Under the pieces are notes generated by a model. It had not been told where the DNA came from. It ran no database searches and was given only the letters and a program-made list of their open reading frames with translations. From a virus, in the IMG/VR virus record IMGVR_UViG_3300032288_002811, positions 1-64,000 of that record: a DNA stretch of 64,000 nt, one strand, 5' to 3'. Position numbers and translations under genes: made by a program. Below, one piece after another: positions 39,901-47,813 of this stretch; the first letter of the stretch is position 1, and the number at the start of each line of letters is the position of its first letter.

Positions 39901-42900
39901 TTTAGCATCTGCCGTGTTAGCACCAGCGAATGAAGAGTTGGCATAGACACCAGCAGAATTGGCTACAACGAATGCCGAGTTGGCATATGTACCAGATGTT
40001 ACTGCCTTATCATCTGCTGTGTTAGCACCAGCAAATGCAGAGTTGGCATACACACCAGAAGAATTGGCAGAATCAAATGCTGAGTTGGCATAAACAGATG
40101 CCGAGTTGGCAGTATAACTTGGTGTGTTTGCTTGTAAGAATGCACCGTTAGCATACACAGATGCAGAGTTAGCAACAATGAATGATGCATTAGCATATAC
40201 ACCTGATGTTACTGCCTTAGTATCTGCGGTGTTAGCTGCACCAAATGCAGAGTTGGCATACACACCAGAAGAATTGGCAGAATCAAATGCTGAGTTGGCA
40301 TATGAACCTGAAGTTACTGCCTTAGTATCTGCGGTGTTAGCTGCACCAAATGCAGAGTTGGCATACACACCAGAAGAATTGGCAGAATCAAATGCACCGT
40401 TGGCGTATGTGCCAGAATTTACTGCCTTAGTATCTGCTGTGTTAGCTGCGGTGAATGCTCCGTTAGCGTAACTAGATGCTGAATTGGCCACATCACTTGG
40501 AGTATTTGCCTGTAAGAATGCAGCGTTAGCATATGTGCCAACAGTTACTGCTGTATTGTAAGCTATATTAGATGCATCAAATGCTGAGTTAGCATAAGAA
40601 CCAGTTACATTCGCTTTACCATATGCAGAGTTGGCATATACACTAGAAGAATTGGCTGTTGTGAATGCACTGTTGGCATAATTGGAACTACCACTTGCAT
40701 TGTTTGTTGCTGTATTTGCTTGTGTATATGCTGAAGTGGTGTATGCATATAAATCTACACCATTACTTGTAATAGAATAACCAGATACGTTTGCAATCAA
40801 TGTTGCTACGTTTGCAGCGTCTGCTGAACCTGCAGCTAATACATTACCGGAAGGGTCTTGTGATAGACCTTGGAACAATAGGAAATTATTTGAAGCTGCT
40901 TGTCTAACTAAACCATGATATGTTGGACCAGCAGAACCTGTTGTCTTTGAAACTCCGTAGAAACCAATATCAAAAGAATCACTTACGGTATTATTTCCAG
41001 CAAGTTTGATTAATGAATCTGATGTTATAATTGTTTCAGCATTAACAGTAGTTGTTGTACCATTAATAACTAAACTACCAGTAATAGTTACATCACCAAC
41101 TACAGTACCACCAGATTTTGGTAACGCATTGTTTGCGGTTGTAAATGCAGAGTTAGCATATGAACCAGCAGTTACTGCTTTAGCATCCGCTGTATTGGCA
41201 GCAGTAAAGGCACCGTTGGCATATATTGCGGCTGAAGCTGCACCAGCTGCCGAGTTTGCAGCAGCAAACGCCGCATTAGCATATTCACCAGAAGAATTGG
41301 CTGCAACAAATGCACCGTTGGCATATAATGCTGCCGAGTTGGCAACATTACTTGGTGTATTGGCTTGCAAGAAAGCCGCATTGGCATATACAGATGCTGA
41401 ATTGGCACTAATAAATCCTGAGTTGGCGTATGAACTTGCTGATGCAACAGTATTTGCTACAATGAAAGCACCGTTAGCATAGACTGCGGCTGAATTTGCT
41501 ACATAACTTGGTGTGTTGGCTTGTAAGAAAGCACCATTCGCATATGATGATGCAGAATTAGCAATACCAAATGAACTATTAGCATACGACCCAGCAGTTA
41601 CTGCTTTAGCATCTGCTATGTTAGAAGAAGTGAAAGCACCGTTAGCATATACAGATGCTGAATTAGCAACATTAAATCCAGAGTTAGCATATGAACCTGA
41701 TGTAACTGCTTTAACATCTGCCGTATTGGCTGCACCGAATGCAGAGTTGGCATATGCACTAGAAGAATTGGCTGCATCAAATCCAGAATTAGCATACGCA
41801 CCAGAATTTATTGCCTTAGTGTCAGCAGTATTGGCAGCAGTAAAGGCACCGTTAGCATACACAGCTGCCGAGTTTGCTACATAACTTGGTGTGTTTGCTT
41901 GTAAGAAGGCACCGTTAGCATATGCTGATGCCGAGTTTGCTACATAATCTGGTGTATTGGCTTTTAAGAAAGCTGCGTTTGCTTGTATGAAAGCACCATT
42001 TGCATATGTTGCAGCTGAAGTTGCTACACCAGGAACAAAAGCTGTATTTTGTGTGGTGCCATCGGCAAATTGTATCAGGTTAGGGAAAGTTGTTTTACCT
42101 GTTACATCAAATAGAGTTATATAACCATTTGTAACGAGTGTTGTATTAGCAACTGTACCTGCAATATTTCCTGTGATAACATTACCTGCAACATACAAAG
42201 TACTATTTGATGTAATGTATGAGAAATCAGCAACACTAGTTAAATAACCAGTTGAGTTTGCATATAGTACAGAACCTGGTACATAACCGGATGGTGTTGC
42301 AGCTGCGTTTGCTTTATCGAATGCAGAGTTGGCGTAAATGAATGCTGAATTAGCATACGCTGCAGCTGAATTAGCCGCACCAAAAGAACCATTAGCATAC
42401 GATGCAGCAGAGTTGGCAGTATAACTTGGTGTGTTTGCTTGCAAGAAGGCAGCGTTTGCTTGTATGGATGCACCGTTAGCATATACTGAGGCTGAGTTTG
42501 CTCTGTAACTTGGAGTGTTTGCCTGTAAGAACGCAGCGTTTGCTTTATCATATGCACTATTAGCATAGACTGACGCTGAGTTGGCAGTGTAACTAGGAGT
42601 GTTCGCTTGCAAGAAGGCAGCGTTAGCATATGTGCCAGAATTTACTGCCTTAGTATCTGCGGTGTTGGCTGCATCAAATGCACCATTAGCATATACAGAA
42701 GCAGAATTTGCCGTATAGCTAGGTGTATTTGCCTGTAAGAAGGCAGCGTTAGCGTATGATGCTGTTACATTGGCTGCACCAAATCCAGAATTAGCATATG
42801 CTGCGGCTGATGCAGCTGCATCTCTTGCTATACCATCTGTTGCAGAACCTGTTGATAATGTATTTGCAAAAGAAAACGCAGCGTTAGCGTATGAACCTGA

Positions 42901-44763
42901 TGTTACTGCTTTGTCATCTGCCGTGTTGGCTGCCGTAAAAGCACCGTTGGCATACGAAGAACCAGAATTTGCAGTATAACTTGGTGTGTTGGCTTGTAAG
43001 AAAGCAGAGTTGGCATATGAACCTACTGTATTTGCTTTATCATATGCTGAGTTTGCATATTCACCAGCTGAATTTGCTTTACTGTATCCGGAGTTAGCAT
43101 ATACACCAGCAGAATTGGCTGCAACGAAAGCACCATTAGCATAAATGTCTGCTGAGTTTGCTGTGTAACTTGGAGTATTAGCCTGTAAGAAGGCCGCATT
43201 TGCATAGACACCAGAAGTATTTGCAGTATCGAAAGCTGAATTGGCATATCTGCCAGCAGCTTCACTTAACAATGCTGTATTAGCTATTGCAAAGGCAGCA
43301 TTAGCATATGAACTTGCTGAGTTTGCTGTGTAACTAGGAGTGTTTGCTTGTAAGAAGGCCGCATTTGCATATACAGATGCAGAATTTGCAACATCAAATC
43401 CTGAATTAGCATATGAACTTGCTGAATTGGATGTGGTAAATGCACCGTTAGCATAAACAGATGCTGAATTAGCAACACTAAATCCAGAGTTAGCATATGA
43501 ACCAGCAGTTACTGCTTTAGCATCAGCAACATTGGCAGCACCAAATGCACCATTAGCATATACAGAACCAGAATTTGCGGTATAACTAGGAGTATTGGCT
43601 TGTAAGAAGGCACCGTTTGCATATACATCAGCTGAGTTGGCAGTATAACTTGGTGTATTAGCTTGTAAGAACGCTACATTTGCGTGTCTATAAGCAGAGT
43701 TAGCATACACATCAGCTGAATTTGCGGTGTAACTTGGAGTATTAGCTTGTAAATATGCAGCGTTAGAATTTGTGAACGCATTGGTTACATAACCATATAC
43801 ATCAACACCATTGATAGTTACATAATTTGCAATTACATTTGATTTAATTGTGTTGGCATAAACGTTTGCATATTTAAAACTTGCATCAGTTATATCAATA
43901 TTATTTCCAGGTCCAACTTCTGGAGTGTAATTTTCAAAGAACATCCATTCTTTGCGGTCAGAATCTCTGATAATACCTGTATGAGCATTAACAGAATCTT
44001 TGTAATGTCCGATAAGACCAATGTCAACTACGTCAGAAGTGTAATTACCATTCGCTAAGTATATTAAAGGATCATTTAAAATGATACTAGTTGTATTGAT
44101 TGTGGTAGTGTTACCCAATACAAGTAGGTTACCAGTAATTGTTGTGTCACGTGTAACAAATAAATCTCTACCAACAGTTAAATCATTGGTGATTGTACCG
44201 CCTACTATAGGCAACGCAGCATTAGCAACTGCAAAAGCACCGTTTGCATATGATGCAGCTGAATTGGCAGTATAACTTGGTGTATTGGCTTGCAAGAATG
44301 CTGAGTTGGCATAAGAACCAGCTGCATTTGCTTTATCGAATGCTGAGTTGGCGTATACACTTGCTGAGTTAGCATCAACATAAGCCGAATTGGCATAAGA
44401 ACCAGCAGCATTTGCTTTTACATATGCAGAATTGGCATATACACCTGCTGAGTTTGCGGTAGTGAAAGCACCGTTGGCATATCTGCCAGCAGCTTCACTC
44501 AACATTGCTGTGTTAGCTACAGAGAAAGCAGAATTGGCATAATCACCAGCAGAATTCGCTGCAATGAATGCAGAATTTGCTTGTACAAATACTTGACCTT
44601 GTTGGTCTACATAAAATTGGCCACCAATAGTGTGTACACCATTAACAGTATCACCAATGAATAATTTTTGAGATGTATTTGAATAGGCCGCTTCACCAAC
44701 ATTAAGTGATGGTGGTACATCTGTTGCATTGGACCATTTTAATTGAATTACTGTATTTGCCAT
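33931..44763 (-). CDS. 3610 aa giant Ala/Asn-heptad fibre protein
   Basis: Uninterrupted 10.8 kb ORF. N-terminal VIQLKWS..VPPSLNVGEAAYS...KLFIG resembles the T4 gp37 N-terminus; about 2,850 heptad residues by eye; four knob-like inserts; ends YLDMGLIDD...VDCGELT. Confidence 0.88.
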   Translation of the reverse strand: MANTVIQLKWSNATDVPPSLNVGEAAYSNTSQKLFIGDTVNGVHTIGGQFYVDQQGQVFVQANSAFIAANSAGDYANSAFSVANTAMLSEAAGRYANGAFTTANSAGVYANSAYVKANAAGSYANSAYVDANSASVYANSAFDKANAAGSYANSAFLQANTPSYTANSAASYANGAFAVANAALPIVGGTITNDLTVGRDLFVTRDTTITGNLLVLGNTTTINTTSIILNDPLIYLANGNYTSDVVDIGLIGHYKDSVNAHTGIIRDSDRKEWMFFENYTPEVGPGNNIDITDASFKYANVYANTIKSNVIANYVTINGVDVYGYVTNAFTNSNAAYLQANTPSYTANSADVYANSAYRHANVAFLQANTPSYTANSADVYANGAFLQANTPSYTANSGSVYANGAFGAANVADAKAVTAGSYANSGFSVANSASVYANGAFTTSNSASSYANSGFDVANSASVYANAAFLQANTPSYTANSASSYANAAFAIANTALLSEAAGRYANSAFDTANTSGVYANAAFLQANTPSYTANSADIYANGAFVAANSAGVYANSGYSKANSAGEYANSAYDKANTVGSYANSAFLQANTPSYTANSGSSYANGAFTAANTADDKAVTSGSYANAAFSFANTLSTGSATDGIARDAAASAAAYANSGFGAANVTASYANAAFLQANTPSYTANSASVYANGAFDAANTADTKAVNSGTYANAAFLQANTPSYTANSASVYANSAYDKANAAFLQANTPSYRANSASVYANGASIQANAAFLQANTPSYTANSAASYANGSFGAANSAAAYANSAFIYANSAFDKANAAATPSGYVPGSVLYANSTGYLTSVADFSYITSNSTLYVAGNVITGNIAGTVANTTLVTNGYITLFDVTGKTTFPNLIQFADGTTQNTAFVPGVATSAATYANGAFIQANAAFLKANTPDYVANSASAYANGAFLQANTPSYVANSAAVYANGAFTAANTADTKAINSGAYANSGFDAANSSSAYANSAFGAANTADVKAVTSGSYANSGFNVANSASVYANGAFTSSNIADAKAVTAGSYANSSFGIANSASSYANGAFLQANTPSYVANSAAVYANGAFIVANTVASASSYANSGFISANSASVYANAAFLQANTPSNVANSAALYANGAFVAANSSGEYANAAFAAANSAAGAASAAIYANGAFTAANTADAKAVTAGSYANSAFTTANNALPKSGGTVVGDVTITGSLVINGTTTTVNAETIITSDSLIKLAGNNTVSDSFDIGFYGVSKTTGSAGPTYHGLVRQAASNNFLLFQGLSQDPSGNVLAAGSADAANVATLIANVSGYSITSNGVDLYAYTTSAYTQANTATNNASGSSNYANSAFTTANSSSVYANSAYGKANVTGSYANSAFDASNIAYNTAVTVGTYANAAFLQANTPSDVANSASSYANGAFTAANTADTKAVNSGTYANGAFDSANSSGVYANSAFGAANTADTKAVTSGSYANSAFDSANSSGVYANSAFGAANTADTKAVTSGVYANASFIVANSASVYANGAFLQANTPSYTANSASVYANSAFDSANSSGVYANSAFAGANTADDKAVTSGTYANSAFVVANSAGVYANSSFAGANTADAKAVTSGVYANAAYDQANTATNNASGASLYANSAYASANATDAKTTTTGLYANSAFAGANTADAKAVTAGSYANAAFLQANTPSNVANSAALYANGAFVAANSSGVYANSGFNQANTSATNALSAGSYANSSFTTANIASDIASSASTYANASFIQANASFVVANTIASVSSYANSAFLSANTPSDVANSAALYANAAFVQANTPSDVANSASTYANGAFIQANAAFLQANTPSYTANSGSVYANGAFTAANTADTKATSAGSYANSAFLAANNATDPWVRTQANSAFTAANSSGVYANSAFAGANTADDKAVTAGSYANSAFGASNIAYNTTITVGTYANAAFLQANTPSDVANSSAIYANGAFAAANNATDPWVRTQANSAFVAANSSGVYANSAFAAANNATDPWVRTQANSAFVAANSSGVYANSAYDQANTATTNAATADAKAVTAGAYANGAFLQANTPSYTANSASSYANSAFTTANNALPKSGGSITGDLSVTGNLNILGNTTTISTQVIVANDSLIILGTGNYTADILDIGFASHYNDGTNAHAGLIRDAGTKEWQLFEGYTPEITANNNIDINDASFKIATLNANLHSTTILVKGIDLLPYVNNSYAAANTADAKATSAGSYANASFVVANTVASVSVYANGAFTAANSSGVYANSAYTASNTADAKAVTSGSYANSAFAGANTADTKATSAGSYANSAFLSANTPSDVANSAAIYANASFTTANTADAKAVTAGAYANAAYAAANSAAGASSAALYANGAFDAANSSGVYANSAFAGANTADDKATSASVYANSAYTSANASGVYANAAFLAANNATDPWVRTQANSAFVAANSSGVYANSAYTSANTADTKATSAGSYANAAFAVANSETKAVTAGTYANAAFLQANTPSYIANSAAVYANGAFTAANSSGVYANSAYVRANNSINANTGGTITGSLTVTGNVITDNVVGTLANTTITTNGYITLFDTTGKTTFPNLIQFADGTTQNTAFVPNAVTSAALYANGAFIQANAAFLQANTPSNVANSAALYANGAFAAANSETKAVTAGSYANSAFDKANTATTDAATADAKAVTAGAYANAAYAAANSASGATSAGVYANGAFTAANTADNKAVTSGSYANGAFDSANSSGVYANSAYTSANTADTKATSAGSYANGAFTAANTADAKAVTSGTYANAAFGAANTSDTKATSAGVYANGSFTAANSSGEYANTAFAGANTADAKAVTSGSYANSGFTTANAASSYANSAFTNANTADTKATSAGVYANSAFSSANTADSKAVTAGTYANSAFGASNIAYNTAVTVGDYANSAFITANSSGVYANASFSSANSAGVYANSAFLAANTPSYRANSSASYANGAFVQANAAFLAANTPSNVANSAALYANAAFLAANTPSDVANSAALYANSAFDSANVADAKAVTSGVYANAAFLQANTPSYTANSGATYANGAFTAANTADTKATSAGVYANSGFSKANTATTNAATADAKAVTAGSYANSAYALANNALNANTGGTVTGDVSITGNLVVTGTTTYTNTSVVLIADNIITLNAGVDQNGEPLVDAGIEIDRGVQPNSQLLWVETAGKWSASNGNTSFYIGSDSAESYANGAFTKANAAFLTANTPSNVANSASLYANGAFTQANNVIAASSYANSAFLQANTPSYTANSAAVYANGAFTKANASFIQANAAFLAANTPSNVANSAALYANSAFAQANNVIAAGEYANAAFLAANTPSYTANSADIYANGAFDTANSSGVYANSAYVVANTADVKATSAGSYANSAFLTANNATDPWVRTQANAAFLQANTPSYVANSAASYANAAFLVANTIVSASSYANSAYIKANTADSKATSAGSYANAAFAAANTGGTSTDSWARNQANAAFGVANSAYSLAGVADGNANSAASDAAFAITSACTAQEYATTSGSYANSAFEKANAAFFTANTASGGGTGGGFPYLDMGLIDDAVTIGFYVDCGELT
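40208..40395. repeat. 105 bp-period duplication (5 heptads), 83 nt identical
   Basis: gttactgccttagtatctgcggtgttagctgcacc...gaatcaaatgc at 40208 and 40313. Confidence 0.9.
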
Positions 44764-44789
44764 ATTTTATTTGTTCTGGTGCATTCTTT

Positions 44790-44797
44790 TATTTATC
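44790..44797 (-). promoter_or_regulatory. Late promoter variant GATAAATA upstream of the 3610 aa gene
   Basis: NATAAATA in the 51 nt intergenic gap. Confidence 0.65.
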
Positions 44798-44814
44798 TTA
44801 TTTGGTGGCAACTA

Positions 44815-45372
44815 TTAGAAAGTTCCACCATTAATTACATTTAAACCAATTTCACCAATATATCTGTAACCAGTAATAAAAACTACTTTACCAGTTAATG
44901 CTGATGGTATTGTACCACCAATAAAATTTAAAACTCCAGATTGATAATCAAAAAACCATTCACCTACACCCGCAATACCAGAATCAAACATCTGTGTGCC
45001 TGTTGCAACAGGATTCGATGCACCAGAACTGTCTGCATACACAGAGACAAAGTATGATGAACCAAATTCTGGTGTGATCCAATCAGTCAGGTTAGTCTTC
45101 CATGTTGGATACACTCCACCAACAGCCGTAGATGTACCATCCGCAACACATTGTATTCTATCTGTGCCTTGATATCCTTGTACAATACCAACTACAGATG
45201 ATGCTGTGGCAGGTATAAAACTGGCTTGAGTCCAAATTTTATCACCACGATTAATTGTTGGACTGGCAATAGTTTCATTACTTGCACTCTTATTTGTTGA
45301 TGTGTCTGTTTTAGTAACACCAAAAAGTTTTTTATAAAGTAAATCAACTTTTGAGGAATCTGATACTGCCAT
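44815..45372 (-). CDS. 185 aa fibre adaptor protein
   Basis: MAVSDSSKVDLLYKKLFGVTKTD...WFFDYQSGVLNF...GYRYIG, ending NVINGGTF; stop-start coupled to the upstream gene. Confidence 0.75.
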   Translation of the reverse strand: MAVSDSSKVDLLYKKLFGVTKTDTSTNKSASNETIASPTINRGDKIWTQASFIPATASSVVGIVQGYQGTDRIQCVADGTSTAVGGVYPTWKTNLTDWITPEFGSSYFVSVYADSSGASNPVATGTQMFDSGIAGVGEWFFDYQSGVLNFIGGTIPSALTGKVVFITGYRYIGEIGLNVINGGTF

Positions 45373-47772
45373 TTAGTTACTCGCTGTCTGCAAAGATAAT
45401 GCGGTCACAGTTTGACCACTTGTTAATTTAATTCTAACATAAATTTCATTGGTCAATCCTGGATCCGAACTAGATACAGTACCAAATGTACAAGTTTTTC
45501 TGTGGTTAGTTACTGCTGAATTTAATGTGACTACACCACCCAATGCACAACCACTTGATGGTACACCTGCACCACTATATGCAGTTGCCATACTGACCCA
45601 ACCATTTGTTGCACCTGCAGATGTATCTATGGCACTACCTGGTACTGCAACCCAAAGGCCAGCAATCGTACCTGTAAATTGAATATCAAATTTAGATACA
45701 GATGTTCTTATAAATCTAAATGTAAAGTATTGTGCAGAACTTCTTCCTGAACTTAGGTCTGGACCTGCAGGTAAATAACCTGTAGAATAGTTTGTCTGGT
45801 CATGTTTTAATATCGCAGCAACCATTGTTGCGTCATATACTTGTAATGTTCCATTTTGGCTATCGAACAATGTTGCATTTGGGAATTGTACAGGATTGTC
45901 TGTAGAACCAGGATTAATAATTCTTGATGCCGTGCCGGAACCTGTACCAACAGTAGAACCAAAAGTAACAGCAGATTCTTCCATGGAATTGCCTGTTCCT
46001 GTTTTATAAAGAACTGTATTGGCCAATGCTGATGTGAATGCTTGTGTACCTGTTGCATAACTATTATCTACTGTAACACTTGGACCAGTTGATGATGAAC
46101 CAAAACCAGATATAATTGTAGATGTTGTATTTACAGTAACGGAGCCAGAGGACACATATAAATTTTGTACCAAAGGAAATGTTATACCAACAGTTGGATA
46201 TGTGTTACTAGAAGGTGCAGCAAATGCACCACCAGCAGTACCGGTAAAAAATGTATTGCTTGTTGGGAACATATCACCACTCAATTTAGATACGTTAACA
46301 CCCAATCTAAATGTAGATGAACTATTATAGTGTGGTACTGTACTTGAATATGTCAATGATGGAGATAGAGGTACAATACTTGCTGAAGTAAATGTTGGTG
46401 TACCTGGAGATGATGCATCATAATACCAAGATGCAGTAGAAGTTGTACCTGCACCAGAATGTGTAAGATAAACTTCATTCCATCCAGATGATACACTACC
46501 TGAACCTTGAACTGTAAATATTCTCCAAAAGCCTGCAGCACCACCAGAAACAGTAGAGTAATCTTTACTTTGTGAAATAACTAAATCACTATAACTACCG
46601 TTAGCACTTGATGTTGTGAAACTTACACTACCTGATATCGTACTATTTTTATAGAGTCTGAGTGTACCAGAATCGCCTGGTCCAAAGTTACTAAAAAGAT
46701 TTGTTGAGTATGAAGCCGTTCTGAGAACTGTACTAACAGTTGCACCACCAGAAACATTTCTGGCACTTGAAGTTCTGTCCGTTTGTATAAAATTTGTCAT
46801 ACGATATGTTGACAAACTATTAATACTTAAAGATGTTCCAGTAGGGAATGCTGGCGGCGATGCAGGTACTAGTTTACCTAACACATTGTTTAATAGTGCT
46901 ATACCATCTGTAATTTTTGTTGTTGTTGTAAGTGTCACCGCATTACTTACCAATTGACCAACTGTGTTTGAACCTAAATCAGCAGTAGCACCAGTAATTG
47001 TTGCTGAAACTCCACTAGCTAAATCATAAGCAGTATTTGCAACATCAAAAGCCGAATTGGCATAAACACTACCAGAATTAGCAGTATCAAATGCACCGTT
47101 AGCATAAATGTCTGCTGAGTTGGCAGTATAACTTGGAGTATTTGCTTGTAGAAAAGCATAAGCAGCTGATGTAAATGCAGAATTGGCTACACCAAATGCT
47201 GAGTTGGCATAACTAGATGCAGAGTTTGCTACATAATCTGGTGTATTGGCTTTTAAGAATGCAGCGTTTGCTTGTATAAATGCACCATTAGCATACAACG
47301 CAGCAGAGTTTGCTGTATAAATTGGTGTGTTGGCTTTTAAGAAAGCTGCATTAGCATAACTTGCAGCAGAATTGGATGTACTGAATGCTGTGTTGGCATA
47401 CAGACTGGCACCAGCCGCATTGTTTGTTGCTGTGTTTGCTTGGTCATAAGCAGAATTAGCATACACGCCAGCAGAATTGGCTGCAATAAAAGAAGAATTT
47501 GCTTGTAAATAAGATGCATTTGAATATGCATATGGTGCAGCAGCAGTAAACTGTTTTGTTCCATCAGCCAAGAATGTAACATTTGAGAATTCTCCATTGG
47601 CTGCAGCCTTGGATGCAACTAGACTTACTGCATTATTGGTGTCTAAGTAAAATAATTTACCATCAACAATATTAATAGCAACTTCACCGGCAACAAGCGA
47701 GCTCGCCAGAGGTAATGTACCTCCGGTATTAGAATAGAATAGTTGAATTGCTGTTGAATTGGCTTGTGCCAT
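45373..47772 (-). CDS. 799 aa fibre protein: gp37-N-like domain, heptads, large beta-rich C-terminal region
   Basis: AIQLFYS..GTLPLASSLVAGEVAINIVDGKLF resembles T4 gp37 IQFKRS...PAASVLAEGELAINLKD..IF; C-terminal QYFTFRF...LWVAVPGS.ID. Confidence 0.78.
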   Translation of the reverse strand: MAQANSTAIQLFYSNTGGTLPLASSLVAGEVAINIVDGKLFYLDTNNAVSLVASKAAANGEFSNVTFLADGTKQFTAAAPYAYSNASYLQANSSFIAANSAGVYANSAYDQANTATNNAAGASLYANTAFSTSNSAASYANAAFLKANTPIYTANSAALYANGAFIQANAAFLKANTPDYVANSASSYANSAFGVANSAFTSAAYAFLQANTPSYTANSADIYANGAFDTANSGSVYANSAFDVANTAYDLASGVSATITGATADLGSNTVGQLVSNAVTLTTTTKITDGIALLNNVLGKLVPASPPAFPTGTSLSINSLSTYRMTNFIQTDRTSSARNVSGGATVSTVLRTASYSTNLFSNFGPGDSGTLRLYKNSTISGSVSFTTSSANGSYSDLVISQSKDYSTVSGGAAGFWRIFTVQGSGSVSSGWNEVYLTHSGAGTTSTASWYYDASSPGTPTFTSASIVPLSPSLTYSSTVPHYNSSSTFRLGVNVSKLSGDMFPTSNTFFTGTAGGAFAAPSSNTYPTVGITFPLVQNLYVSSGSVTVNTTSTIISGFGSSSTGPSVTVDNSYATGTQAFTSALANTVLYKTGTGNSMEESAVTFGSTVGTGSGTASRIINPGSTDNPVQFPNATLFDSQNGTLQVYDATMVAAILKHDQTNYSTGYLPAGPDLSSGRSSAQYFTFRFIRTSVSKFDIQFTGTIAGLWVAVPGSAIDTSAGATNGWVSMATAYSGAGVPSSGCALGGVVTLNSAVTNHRKTCTFGTVSSSDPGLTNEIYVRIKLTSGQTVTALSLQTASN

Positions 47773-47805
47773 TGTTACCTTACTCTTATATAATTGTTAT
47801 TTTAT

Positions 47806-47813
47806 TATTTAGA
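47806..47813 (-). promoter_or_regulatory. Late promoter variant TCTAAATA
   Basis: Overlaps the stop of the 805 aa gene, about 35 nt before ATG 47772. Confidence 0.5.

Noticed and set aside
33931-44763. Type I antifreeze / ice-binding protein resemblance (Ala-rich helix with Thr/Asn)
   Set aside because: Those proteins have 11-residue periodicity. Here the period is 7/14 with aromatic residues and phage fibre domains.
33931-44763. Tape measure protein
   Set aside because: gp37-N-like start, internal knobs and paralogous neighbours indicate an external fibre; composition is unlike tape measures.
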